Assembly (NCBI GenBank): GCA_017546315.1 | Contig: JAFYXH010000003.1 | Location: forward strand, 1,536-65,535 | DNA from: Alphaproteobacteria bacterium | GTDB lineage: Bacteria; Pseudomonadota; Alphaproteobacteria; RF32; CAG-239 | Reading direction: 5' to 3' | Length of the DNA stretch: 64,000 bases | Shown here: one piece after another, positions 8,137 through 17,660 of the stretch | How the letters are laid out: every line of letters begins with the position of its first letter | How positions within the stretch are numbered: the stretch's first letter is position 1 | Position numbers and translations under genes: made by a program | Notes under the pieces: generated by a model | Told to the model about the DNA's origin: nothing | Databases searched by the model: none | The model's input: the letters and a program-made list of their open reading frames with translations, nothing else

Positions 8137-9258
8137 TTAAGTTCTTTGGTTGAAACGTCTTTCGAATAACATCATAGAAGGATACTTTAGAGGTTGTGAT
8201 GTTTTTGTTTTTTCATCCTTTTCAGGGGTGCTAGCAACTAATTGATTAACTTGTCGTTCAAAAGTCTTACGCTGAACTTTGAATGCATTCTTAGTGCTTA
8301 TTTTGCCATCTGCAACATTGTTGAGCATATCTTCAATGGCGCTACTTTTGTAGCGTTCGACAATGTTAAAATCGATGTCAGCTTTGCTCTTTTCTTTTTC
8401 GTCATTGTTGTTAAATTTCTCTTTTGCTTCTTTTGCTCGTTTTTCAATTTCCATTATTTGTTCTAAAGAAAAGTTTTCATCAGCTTTTAAGCCAAAATCA
8501 TAACGAAGTTGCATTAATCTAGCATATACCTCTTTAGATGTATCAAGATAAGAATCAAAAAATACACCATCCTTTAGCTCAAGGCCATTGTTGTGAAAAA
8601 AATTTTGACGCTTTTTTTCTGATGTAGGCTTGTTAGATAAGTCACCTTTGTCTTCATATATATCTTCAAATATTTTAACAGAGATATGAGGTGTGCTATC
8701 AATTTTCTCATTTTTAGGAGTAGTGTTGGTATTTATTTTTTCACCATTCAATATTTTATTTACGTCTTTCTCTTCACTTTTTAAATTTAGGCAATGTGTA
8801 AATTCATGAACAACAAGGCTAGATATTCTAGGGCAGGTATCTTTTTCAGAATTATTCTTTATCTTATCAATATCAAGAAAAATTGCAGGTTCTTTGATGA
8901 ATTTACAAGAATATGCTAAAATATTTTTCTTTGGGTCATTAGTAGAATATAAATCTTTTACATAGGCTATTGCTTTTTCTTCTACTGTTTCTCCACTATA
9001 TTTGTATCCATATTTGTTTTTTATAAGATTTAATGCTTCATCCGTAAAATGAAGTTCGCCTTTCTCTAATGCATCAATAACTTTATCATACCCTCTATCG
9101 GTAATAAATACTTGAGCATTAGAAAGTTTTTTCTCAATATCTTGATATTGTTCTTTGCTTAAATGTCCATTATTATAACGTTCACGCATCCAATCGCAAA
9201 GCCATTTGACGCCTGTCTCAATTTCTTTTTTATCGTTTTCATCTACTTTATTAGCCAT
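8137..9258 (-). CDS. Hypothetical Lys/Glu-rich protein with a HExxH zinc-metallopeptidase motif
   Basis: A single HEFTH motif occurs in SSLVVHEFTHCLN. RBS is GGGAG. There is no signal peptide. Confidence 0.4.
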   Translation of the reverse strand: MANKVDENDKKEIETGVKWLCDWMRERYNNGHLSKEQYQDIEKKLSNAQVFITDRGYDKVIDALEKGELHFTDEALNLIKNKYGYKYSGETVEEKAIAYVKDLYSTNDPKKNILAYSCKFIKEPAIFLDIDKIKNNSEKDTCPRISSLVVHEFTHCLNLKSEEKDVNKILNGEKINTNTTPKNEKIDSTPHISVKIFEDIYEDKGDLSNKPTSEKKRQNFFHNNGLELKDGVFFDSYLDTSKEVYARLMQLRYDFGLKADENFSLEQIMEIEKRAKEAKEKFNNNDEKEKSKADIDFNIVERYKSSAIEDMLNNVADGKISTKNAFKVQRKTFERQVNQLVASTPEKDEKTKTSQPLKYPSMMLFERRFNQRT

Positions 9259-9311
9259 GTCAAATCTCCCTCTAATATCCTATAAGTGTACCTCTTTTTT
9301 TTGTTTTAGTC

Positions 9312-9339
9312 AATAAAAAACCCCTCAATAAAGAGGGGC
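9312..9339 (-). terminator. Rho-independent terminator
   Basis: CCCCTC-AATAAA-GAGGGG (9321-9338) is followed by a U-run on the minus strand. Confidence 0.6.
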
Positions 9340-9344
9340 TTACA

Positions 9345-9914
9345 TTAGAGAGTGTACTCGTCTAATGCTTCTTTCATAGTTTTCTGCACTAAAAGAGCTT
9401 CAGTATTACTGCAAACCGCATTGATGATTTTGTCAGTAATAAACTTAGCATCTTCAACAGAATGTTTGTCGATTTTCAATGGTGTCCAAGAGGACTGATA
9501 ACCTTGCAAAAGGTCTTTCCATTGTTCACCGCAAAGGGTACAACTAAAGCCAACCGCAGGAGTTTGGATAAATGCAAAATCAAAAATATTGGCATCACAA
9601 ACGATGACAATGTGTTTCAGATTTTGTGCGTCAGCTTCACAAAGGGCAAAGTCAAAAAAAGCTCTTGTGTCTCTTCTTTTGCTTTCCTTTCTCAAAGCAG
9701 AGTAGGTTTGAGTTGTTGGGGCAAGAAAGCCCAAATTGGCGATTTTAGCTGTCAAGCGTGATCTGAATTCGTTTGAAGAATAAATACAATCAGGCTTGCC
9801 AAACTTTTCAGTCAATGCTTTTGATAACAAATAAACCCGTTCTGCCATCTTAACCGTAAGTCCAATATCATTCTTGTCAGACTCACACTGGCGGACAAAT
9901 GTTAAATTTACCAT
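9345..9914 (-). CDS. Hypothetical protein, possibly a degenerate histidine-phosphatase-fold protein
   Basis: The N-terminus LTFVRQCES and ...IYSSNEFRSRLTAKI parallels the RHGE...SSPxxRAxxTA layout of SixA/PGM-type phosphatases. Gln replaces the catalytic His. Confidence 0.3.
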   Translation of the reverse strand: MVNLTFVRQCESDKNDIGLTVKMAERVYLLSKALTEKFGKPDCIYSSNEFRSRLTAKIANLGFLAPTTQTYSALRKESKRRDTRAFFDFALCEADAQNLKHIVIVCDANIFDFAFIQTPAVGFSCTLCGEQWKDLLQGYQSSWTPLKIDKHSVEDAKFITDKIINAVCSNTEALLVQKTMKEALDEYTL

Positions 9915-10011
9915 GTCTAATAATATTAAAAAAATACAAATGAAATGAAATTATATTGTTTAAAAATAAAAAAATCAAGTAAAATGTGGTTAAAGACTTA
10001 AGGTTAAATAT

Positions 10012-10032
10012 AAAAAAAGGAGGTTTCCCTCC
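10012..10032 (-). terminator. Rho-independent terminator downstream of bamE
   Basis: GGAGG-TTTC-CCTCC with an A-run on the + strand (U-run on the - strand). Confidence 0.6.
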
Positions 10033-10041
10033 TTTGATAAA

Positions 10042-10503
10042 TTATAAGCCATTGTTTGTTGTTGTGGGCTCAATTGGTAAATAACCAACACCGCCAAAGT
10101 ATTTTTCCATAAATGTTGGGTCTGTTCCCATAACTGGTGTGCTGTCCCTAGAAATTACAATGTCTTTGCCATTTTCTTTTGTGAGTTGTATGAGTTTTTT
10201 TACTTTTCCATCAGGGGAGAACTCAATAGCTACAACATTGCGTTCCAATTCTTCAGGTGTAAAGAAAGCCATTCTTTTAATTGTTGAGTTCATATAAATC
10301 CAAGTTCTTTTATCAAGGGAAGAAACAGCGCTTGGTGAGCCAAGTATATTTCTAACTTGTTCTTGTGTCATCCCTTGTTTTATGTTTAATATATCATTTT
10401 TAGATGGCATATTGCCTTCTGTCTGGTTGAAATATTCTGTTGAGCATGAACACAAAAATAAAATACATGCAAGAGTAGAAAAAAATACATTGTGTGTTGA
10501 CAT
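10042..10503 (-). CDS. bamE: Outer-membrane assembly lipoprotein BamE (SmpA/OmlA family)
   Basis: A signal peptide ends in LFLCSCS. The SmpA_OmlA signature is IKQGMTQEQVRNILGSPS. Confidence 0.75.
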   Translation of the reverse strand: MSTHNVFFSTLACILFLCSCSTEYFNQTEGNMPSKNDILNIKQGMTQEQVRNILGSPSAVSSLDKRTWIYMNSTIKRMAFFTPEELERNVVAIEFSPDGKVKKLIQLTKENGKDIVISRDSTPVMGTDPTFMEKYFGGVGYLPIEPTTTNNGL

Positions 10504-10568
10504 ATCTTAATCCTTACCTTTATATAAAATTAACAATTATATAATTCTATAACATAAGGAAAAAAGGA

Positions 10569-11084
10569 ATGCAAAAAGATTTTTCTTATCCTCTACAGAT
10601 TGATGAATTAGGAAGTGGTGAGCAAAGCTATAAACTAGTTGCTACCAATGAAGAGCTTGAATTTTTAACAGAAGTTCTAAAACTTCCAGCTGTGCATAGT
10701 TTTGAAGCTTTGATAAAGTTGAAGTTTCATAAAAGGCAATCTAAGCTTATTGTTCAGGGGGCTGTTAAGTCATGTGTAAGTCACGTAAGTGTTATAAGTC
10801 TAGAGCCTTTTGATAAAGAATATTGCTCGGAGTTTAATCTAATCTATGATACAGAAGCATCTTATGAGGATGTTAAGGAGCTAGATGTGGATATAATGGC
10901 AGATGTTCCAGATGTTGTTGTGGATGGTAGAATAAATCTAGCAGATATTGCAATAGAGCAATTGGCGTTAGTTTTAGATGATTATCCACGAAAAGAGGGG
11001 GAAGAGTTTGAGGCAGTAATCGAAGATATATCTCCAATCGTAAATAATCCATTTGCGATTTTGGAAACGCTAAAGAAAAAATAA
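10569..11084 (+). CDS. yceD: YceD/DUF177 family protein
   Basis: The size (171 aa), acidic composition and position immediately upstream of rpmF-plsX-fabH fit the family. Confidence 0.8.
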   Translation: MQKDFSYPLQIDELGSGEQSYKLVATNEELEFLTEVLKLPAVHSFEALIKLKFHKRQSKLIVQGAVKSCVSHVSVISLEPFDKEYCSEFNLIYDTEASYEDVKELDVDIMADVPDVVVDGRINLADIAIEQLALVLDDYPRKEGEEFEAVIEDISPIVNNPFAILETLKKK

Positions 11085-11321
11085 AAAAATTATTTTAAAA
11101 TATGTGGATAGTTGTATAAATTAAACAAACACATAAGAAAATAGGCTAAAAAAATGCAAGTTTTTAAAGTAAAAACACAAAATAAAATCAAATAACTAAA
11201 AAAAACACTTGCCAAATATAATTTTTTTATATAAAAACAAGTCCAACATCCGTTTTGTTACAGTTATATTGTTTCATGGCGGGTAATTTTGTGTCAAATA
11301 ATTTTATAAAGAGTTAAGGAA

Positions 11322-11513
11322 ATGGCTACACCAAAGAAGAAAACATCACAATCTCGTCGCAATATGCGTCGTTCACATGATGCGTTAACTCCAAATGCAT
11401 ATCATGAATGCCCAAATTGTGGAGAGTTGAAGAGACCTCATAATGTTTGCCCAAAGTGTGGATTTTATGATGGTAAAGAAGTTGTTGCTCAAAAGGCAAA
11501 AGACGAAGAGTAA
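11322..11513 (+). CDS. rpmF: 50S ribosomal protein L32
   Basis: [19 protein letters not shown] plus the CPNCG...CPKCG zinc ribbon. Confidence 0.97.
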   Translation: MATPKKKTSQSRRNMRRSHDALTPNAYHECPNCGELKRPHNVCPKCGFYDGKEVVAQKAKDEE

Positions 11514-11530
11514 TTATATAACTTATTTTT

Positions 11531-12595
11531 ATGGAGCAGGTTTTGTCTACGAATAATCTGGTCATATCAATAGACGCTATGGGGGGGGACAATTCCCCCA
11601 AAGTAGTAATAGAAGGCTTAAATCTAGCACACAAAAGAAATCCAGATATTAGATTCTTAGTGTATGGAGATGAGAGTAAGGTTAATGAAGAGATGGATAA
11701 ATATCCATCCCTAAGAGAGGTGTGTCAGATTTTTCATACAGAAGAATTTGTTCATAACGAGGATAAGCCGTCACACGTCATAAGGAATCGTGCGACCAGC
11801 ATGTATCAAGCCGTTGAAGCTGTTAAAAAAGGCGAGGCTCAAGCTGTTGTGTCTGCAGGTAATACTGGGGCGTTGATGGCTATTTCTAAAATGCTCTTAA
11901 AGACAATACAAAAGATACATCGCCCAGCAATTATTAGTATGATGCCACATCAAAATGGTCGTTATGTTATGTTGGATCTTGGCGCAAATACAGAGTGCGA
12001 TGGTATCAATCTTGCAGAATTTGCAATAATGGGGAATATTTTTGCGAAATATGCTCTAGGCGTAGAAAAGCCTAGGGTTGCATTGATGAATATAGGTGCA
12101 GAAGAGATGAAGGGTAAAGGTGAAATTCATGTTGCTGCACATATCATCAAAAATATGCACTTAGATATGAATTTTATTGGTTATATAGAGCCACACGATA
12201 TTCCTAAAGATAAAGCAGATGTTATTGTTGCAGATGGTTTTAGCGGTAATATTGCTCTAAAATCCGTAGAAGGAACATGTAATCTAATTATGCGCTTGAT
12301 AAAGCAGTCCATTAAGGAGTCTTTCTGGGCAAAATTAGGTATTCCTTTTATGATTGGAGCTATGAAGAAACTAAAATCTAATGTAGATCCAAGGCTTTAT
12401 AACGGTGCAATGTTTGTAGGCTTAAATGGTTTATCCGTAAAAAGTCACGGAGGAACAGATGCATTTGGTTTTTCAATTGCAGTCGAAAATGCCTCCAAGT
12501 TAGTAAGAAAAGACTTTATTGGGTCGATTCGTAAAGAATTAGAAAATGTTGATTTAGACGAACTTTCACAGGAAGCTTGCTATGAAGTGTATTAG
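11531..12595 (+). CDS. plsX: Phosphate acyltransferase PlsX
   Basis: IDAMGGDNSP, VSAGNTGA and ADGFSGNIALK motifs, in conserved synteny. Confidence 0.95.
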   Translation: MEQVLSTNNLVISIDAMGGDNSPKVVIEGLNLAHKRNPDIRFLVYGDESKVNEEMDKYPSLREVCQIFHTEEFVHNEDKPSHVIRNRATSMYQAVEAVKKGEAQAVVSAGNTGALMAISKMLLKTIQKIHRPAIISMMPHQNGRYVMLDLGANTECDGINLAEFAIMGNIFAKYALGVEKPRVALMNIGAEEMKGKGEIHVAAHIIKNMHLDMNFIGYIEPHDIPKDKADVIVADGFSGNIALKSVEGTCNLIMRLIKQSIKESFWAKLGIPFMIGAMKKLKSNVDPRLYNGAMFVGLNGLSVKSHGGTDAFGFSIAVENASKLVRKDFIGSIRKELENVDLDELSQEACYEVY

Positions 12596-13562
12596 AACAA
12601 AAGTAATTGGAAGTGGACACTATCTCCCTGCCAAAGTATTAACTAATGATGATTTATCAAAAATGGTAGATACCAATGATGAGTGGATTAGCACACGTAC
12701 TGGTATCCGCTCACGCCATATCGTTGCAGAGGGGGAATTAACATCAGATATCGCCCTTAAAGCACTAGAGATGGCTATGAAAAATGCTAACATCAGCAAA
12801 GACGATTTAGACATTATAATCGTTGCAACATTAACACCAGATAACACAACTCCAACAGTTGCAGCACGTATTGCAGGTAAATTGGGTGTAAAATCAGGAA
12901 CACCTGCGTTTGACTTAGGTGCAGCTTGTTCTGGTTTCGTATACGCAATGACAATGGCAGATAACATGATTCGTTTAGGTCAAGTAAAAACTGCTGCTGT
13001 AATTGGTGTAGAAACATTATCAAACATTGTAAACTGGGAAGATCGCAACACTTGTGTTCTTTTTGGTGATGGTGCAGGTGCTGTTATTGTTCAAGCATCA
13101 GAAGGTGAGGGTACATCAAAAGATCAAGGCGTACTTGCAACAAGAATTTACGCTGATGGAACACAATATGATAATTTAGGAACAGATGGCGGTATTGCAA
13201 CAACAAGAACCGCAGGATATGTTCATATGAACGGTAAAGAAGTGTTCAAATTTGCTGTAGGTGCAATGAGTGAAGCAAGCCATGCAGTATTAAATGATGC
13301 AGGAGTAACAACTGCAGATATAGACTGGTTATTACCACACCAAGCAAATATTCGCATCATTTCTAGCGTTGGTCAAAAATTAGAAGTTCCAGAAGAAAAA
13401 GTGATTGTAACTGTTGACCATCATGGTAATACATCAGCAGCATCAATTCCACTAGCAATCTCAGAATCTATTGCTAACGGTAAAATTAAATCAGGCGATT
13501 TAGTTTTGATACCTGCAATGGGAGCCGGTTTCACCTGGGGTGGAATGTTAATTAGATTTTAG
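12582..13562 (+). CDS. fabH: 3-oxoacyl-ACP synthase III (FabH)
   Basis: The active-site Cys is in LGAACSGF, with HQANIRI and GNTSAASIP motifs. The gene overlaps the plsX stop by 14 nt. Confidence 0.95.
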   Translation: MKCIRTKVIGSGHYLPAKVLTNDDLSKMVDTNDEWISTRTGIRSRHIVAEGELTSDIALKALEMAMKNANISKDDLDIIIVATLTPDNTTPTVAARIAGKLGVKSGTPAFDLGAACSGFVYAMTMADNMIRLGQVKTAAVIGVETLSNIVNWEDRNTCVLFGDGAGAVIVQASEGEGTSKDQGVLATRIYADGTQYDNLGTDGGIATTRTAGYVHMNGKEVFKFAVGAMSEASHAVLNDAGVTTADIDWLLPHQANIRIISSVGQKLEVPEEKVIVTVDHHGNTSAASIPLAISESIANGKIKSGDLVLIPAMGAGFTWGGMLIRF

Positions 13563-13666
13563 TTAAAAGCATTGTATAACATTTTTTTGATATTGAAATT
13601 TATCAAAAATAAACTATGCTTTGATACTAGAATATAACAAGGAATTATTTTTAGGAAAGGTATAAA

Positions 13667-13954
13667 ATGACGACTATTACACGTGCCGATATCGCAGATA
13701 CAATTTGTGAAGAAGTAGGTTTATCTCGTAAGGATGCTGGTGATATTTTAGATATGGTTATAGATGAAATAAAGCTAGATTTATCTCATGGAAATGACGT
13801 AAAAATCTCTACATTCGGTTCTTTTTTGCTAAAACGCAAAAATGCACGAATTGGTCGTAATCCAAAGACAGGTGTTGAGGCAGAAATTACTCCACGTACA
13901 GTAATTTCATTCCGTCCATCACAGACCTTGAAAACAGCTGTAAACAAAAAGTAA
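13667..13954 (+). CDS. ihfA: Integration host factor subunit alpha
   Basis: HU/IHF fold signature FGSFLLKRKNARIGRNPKTGVEAEITPRTVISFRPS. Position after fabH is as in Alphaproteobacteria. Confidence 0.9.
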   Translation: MTTITRADIADTICEEVGLSRKDAGDILDMVIDEIKLDLSHGNDVKISTFGSFLLKRKNARIGRNPKTGVEAEITPRTVISFRPSQTLKTAVNKK

Positions 13955-13972
13955 TTTTGCAGAAATTGATAA

Positions 13973-13999
13973 AGGCACTAGTAATTAGTGCCTTTTTTT
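13973..13999 (+). terminator. Rho-independent terminator after ihfA
   Basis: AGGCACTA-GTAAT-TAGTGCCT followed by TTTTTTT. Confidence 0.65.
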
Positions 14000-14018
14000 A
14001 AACAAAAAGAGGTGAAAA

Positions 14019-14414
14019 ATGGGAGTGAATAAATCAAAATCAGCATTTAGAAGTATTGCAGAGGTGACAGAAGATTTAGATATAGCGCCCCATGTATTGC
14101 GTTTTTGGGAAACTAAATTTCCTCAAATCAAACCGATGAAAACCAAGAGTTCTCGCAGATATTATCGTCCTGATGATGTTGCGATATTAGAACTAATCAA
14201 AGAGCTCCTTTATGTTAGAAGATACACTATAGAAGGGGTGCAAAAGCTATTTAAAAATCGTTCAGTTAAAGATATTTTAGGAACAGAGATATTAAAAGAC
14301 TTTTTTGAAGAAGAAGAGATTGCAGAAGAATTACCTTTCAAAGAAACCATAAAACTTGCAATTTCAGAATTAACTTCCATAAAAGATGATCTAAAAAAAC
14401 TTGTTCAAATATAA
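14019..14414 (+). CDS. MerR-family transcriptional regulator (conserved partner downstream of ihfA)
   Basis: The HTH is [25 protein letters not shown], followed by [12 protein letters not shown]. Confidence 0.85.
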   Translation: MGVNKSKSAFRSIAEVTEDLDIAPHVLRFWETKFPQIKPMKTKSSRRYYRPDDVAILELIKELLYVRRYTIEGVQKLFKNRSVKDILGTEILKDFFEEEEIAEELPFKETIKLAISELTSIKDDLKKLVQI

Positions 14415-14430
14415 AAAAAATAGGTGTGAA

Positions 14431-14640
14431 ATGTCCAATCAAGAAGAGCGTTTTATTGATATAGAGATGGCTTTATCTAATTTAGAAAGAATTGTTGAAG
14501 ACTTAAATGAGGTCATAATAAAGCAAGGGAAAGATATAGCATTTCTACAAAAACAGAATAGATATCTAACAGAGGCAATAAGGAATACTTCTAATTTAGT
14601 CAAGCCTTTAGAAGAGGAAACTCCTCCACCACATTATTAA
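14431..14640 (+). CDS. slyX: SlyX family protein
   Basis: A 69-aa coiled coil: EERFIDIEMALSNLERIVEDLNEVIIKQGKDIAFLQKQ. The start was moved to ATG 14431 (RBS AGGTG). Confidence 0.7.
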   Translation: MSNQEERFIDIEMALSNLERIVEDLNEVIIKQGKDIAFLQKQNRYLTEAIRNTSNLVKPLEEETPPPHY

Positions 14641-14663
14641 AATGAAATAAATTTATACCTAAT

Positions 14664-15065
14664 TTATCTTAAAAAAAAGAGTACCTTTTCCAGGTACTCT
14701 AAAATTTTATAGGCATAATTAATAAACTCAGCTAAAACATATTTTATACTAAAATCAGCCATTACAGTGTTTCCAAATTTAACATACAAATCTTTCAACA
14801 CAAAAACCGCAAGATATAAAATAAACAAATTAACAGCTAGCAAAACAAGCCTAATAAAATAATACTCTTTGGGCATTAAAAAGCAAATATCGAAAATACG
14901 AACAAATTTTTGAATAATCAATGCCAAAAGTCCGCCATACAATGATAAACAAGCAAGTTTATCCAAGTCGAAAAAACAAAATACTAATGATAGTAATATT
15001 AGGAAAACAAACCATCCATAAAGCATGCTTTCATAAAAACTGGCTTTTTCTTTTATTTCATCCAT
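14664..15065 (-). CDS. Hypothetical integral membrane protein
   Basis: Three or four hydrophobic segments. The start is uncertain: ATG 15065 is preferred over the track's TTG at 15122. Confidence 0.45.
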   Translation of the reverse strand: MDEIKEKASFYESMLYGWFVFLILLSLVFCFFDLDKLACLSLYGGLLALIIQKFVRIFDICFLMPKEYYFIRLVLLAVNLFILYLAVFVLKDLYVKFGNTVMADFSIKYVLAEFINYAYKILEYLEKVLFFLR

Positions 15066-15133
15066 AGCATAACAATAATAACATATCGATTCTCTTTTAG
15101 CATAAGTGAAAACTAAAATCAAATATTATTTGC

Positions 15134-15161
15134 TAAAAAAAAGACGCCTCAAAGACGTCTT
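15134..15161 (-). terminator. Rho-independent terminator after lepB
   Basis: AAGACG-N9-CGTCTT with an A-run on the + strand. Confidence 0.6.
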
Positions 15162-15171
15162 GTTGTAAAAA

Positions 15172-15927
15172 CTAGATTATTTTGTTAAACAGCCTTTTCC
15201 ATCTAACAGCCTTAAGCCAGCTGATAGGATTATACCATCTAGCGCTATCATCATGAGAATAGAATAAAAATCTAGCTTTTCCTTCAATATTTTCAAAAGG
15301 AACAAAGCCAACATCTTTTCTAGAATCATTAGAATTATCTCTATTATCTCCCATCATAAAGTAATTACCTTCAGGAATTTCGAATTCAATAGTATTATCA
15401 ACAATCTTAATATCATCACTTAATTCTAAAATATTATAAGATTTTCCATTTGGTAAAGTTTCTTTATATTCAGTAAAATCAACGGGAACAATCACATATT
15501 CATCAATTGTATATGTGCCAACTTTTTCCCTAACCGTAGGAACTCCATTGATGTGTAATCTACCATTTTTAACTTGGATTTTATCTCCAGGCAAACCAAC
15601 AATACGTTTAATATAATCTGTACTATTATCTCCAGGATACTTAAAAACAACTACATCACCTCTTTGTGGAGCATCAGCCCAAACTCTTCCCTTAAAGGTA
15701 GGAAAACTAAAAGGAAAAGAGTGTTTAGAATATCCATAAGTATACTTAGAAATAAATAAGAAATCGCCTACTTCTAAAGTAGGGTACATAGAACCAGAAG
15801 GAATTTTATAAGGCTCAAACCAAAAAGTTCTAATAGTCATAGCAATTATAATAGCCCAAAAAACAGTTTTAAGTGTCTCACCAAGCGATTCTTCTTTTTT
15901 TAACTCTTCGGAATGTTCTTTAATCAT
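15172..15927 (-). CDS. lepB: Signal peptidase I
   Basis: The catalytic Ser box is PSGSMYPTL, the Lys box is YIKRIVGLPGD, and GDNRDNSNDSR is present. Confidence 0.95.
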   Translation of the reverse strand: MIKEHSEELKKEESLGETLKTVFWAIIIAMTIRTFWFEPYKIPSGSMYPTLEVGDFLFISKYTYGYSKHSFPFSFPTFKGRVWADAPQRGDVVVFKYPGDNSTDYIKRIVGLPGDKIQVKNGRLHINGVPTVREKVGTYTIDEYVIVPVDFTEYKETLPNGKSYNILELSDDIKIVDNTIEFEIPEGNYFMMGDNRDNSNDSRKDVGFVPFENIEGKARFLFYSHDDSARWYNPISWLKAVRWKRLFNKII

Positions 15928-16110
15928 TATATAAAATCCTCTAACAAAACAAAAACATCAACTACACTAATCTTAAACCACTTATTTTCAAGTGAAATTT
16001 CATATTTCTCCCCATACTTTGTCTTTGTATTACTTAACAAAAAAACTTTACAAAACAATATAAGAAACTAACATGTCATACATCAAAATAGAAGGGATAT
16101 TGTAAATAAA

Positions 16111-17595
16111 ATGAAGTCATATTTAAAAAACAATCAAAGTATTGCACTGTTTTTAAGTGTATTTGTTGCATTAAATATCACTTTTTTATACTACAATTTC
16201 ATTTTTTTCATAGGTAATCACGATTGGGATTGGGTAAAGGGAACAACTCAAGTTTTAAGCTTAAACACTGGTTTGTTTGAGGCACGTTTTGCTAAATTCA
16301 TATTTAATACCATGCTTTTTTCAGGGCATATTTTCCCCATCATAAATAATATAGTTTCTTTTTCTTTCCTATCAATAGGAGCTGTATTTATATGTAAATA
16401 CCTAAAAATAAATAACCTTATTCATTCCATAATCATTTCATTATCTTTAGTTTTATCTCCTTATATCTTAGGATGGCTTTATTTCCCGATTAACATACTA
16501 GGTAATTTTTCTGCCATAGCGTATATATCAGGCGGTTTGCTTCTTTTAGAAAAGGATAATAAATTATCTAAGATTATAGCCATATTACTATTCATATTGG
16601 CTTTAGGGGTATATCCAAGCTCAATGGAGATGATATTCATTTTATTTACCTGTAAAAATATCTTAAACCCCAAACAATCAAAAACCAAAGAGCTAAAAAC
16701 TTTATTCTATATAGTCCTTTCGCTAATATGTTTCAAAGGGGTAATATATACATTAGTTAAATTAAATCTTAGCATTCAAGATTATTATAATATGCAATTA
16801 AATTCTGTTTCTTATATAATAACACATATTCCAACCTATATAAAACTTTTCTTTAGCCAATTATATACCACACTTCCATTTTTTCCTCTATCATTAAAGT
16901 TAATAGGTATAATAATTGTTTTATTAGCTTTTATTGCTTCGTCTTTCAATTTAACTAATATAATTTTATGGATGATTATTTTTGTTTCCACAATATTAAC
17001 ATCAATATTAACCGCCAATATAGAAGAAACAGCTTTTATGCCACGAGTTAATTTTTATGGTCTAAATTTTCTTTTTGCTTCTTCAATAGCAGTATTGTTA
17101 TCATCATCTAATAAATGGAGAAATTTAGGATATATCTTGTCTTTAATCTATTTAATAATATCAATAAATCAAAATTTATATGCTCAAAAGGTTTGGTCGT
17201 TAGGGTTAAAAGCAGAGACTTATCTAACCCAAAGAATAACCAAGAGAATAGAGGATAATAGCACCCAACTTCCTCTTGTGCCTGTTTTTACAGATGAACT
17301 ATCTCTTCGTCCAAGATATTACCATACCTCATACCAAAAAAATAGTCCATATTTACTCGAGCGTTCGTTTATTGTTAGACACATCCCCTCAGGAATGTAT
17401 AATTTTTATTCCCCAACTCAAATATTCTATGGATACTCGCAAATAAGAGATTTATCACCATCATTGTATCAATATCTAAAAACAGCAACCCAACCTTGGC
17501 CACATCAAAATAGTTTATATATTGATGACACCTATGCGGTTATAATGTTGACCACAAAAGGAATAACAGCCATCAAGCATCAACTTCCAAAATAA
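16111..17595 (+). CDS. Polytopic membrane protein, possibly a GtrII-like (GT-C) glycosyltransferase
   Basis: About 12 TM segments. The N-terminal loop GNHDWDW...GLFEARF resembles the acidic-loop/GRF pattern I recall for Glucos_trans_II. Confidence 0.4.
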   Translation: MKSYLKNNQSIALFLSVFVALNITFLYYNFIFFIGNHDWDWVKGTTQVLSLNTGLFEARFAKFIFNTMLFSGHIFPIINNIVSFSFLSIGAVFICKYLKINNLIHSIIISLSLVLSPYILGWLYFPINILGNFSAIAYISGGLLLLEKDNKLSKIIAILLFILALGVYPSSMEMIFILFTCKNILNPKQSKTKELKTLFYIVLSLICFKGVIYTLVKLNLSIQDYYNMQLNSVSYIITHIPTYIKLFFSQLYTTLPFFPLSLKLIGIIIVLLAFIASSFNLTNIILWMIIFVSTILTSILTANIEETAFMPRVNFYGLNFLFASSIAVLLSSSNKWRNLGYILSLIYLIISINQNLYAQKVWSLGLKAETYLTQRITKRIEDNSTQLPLVPVFTDELSLRPRYYHTSYQKNSPYLLERSFIVRHIPSGMYNFYSPTQIFYGYSQIRDLSPSLYQYLKTATQPWPHQNSLYIDDTYAVIMLTTKGITAIKHQLPK

Positions 17596-17660
17596 TTTTA
17601 AATTCCCTCTTGAATTTTCATCTCCTAAAAACCTACATAAAAGATATAAGGAGAAAACAC

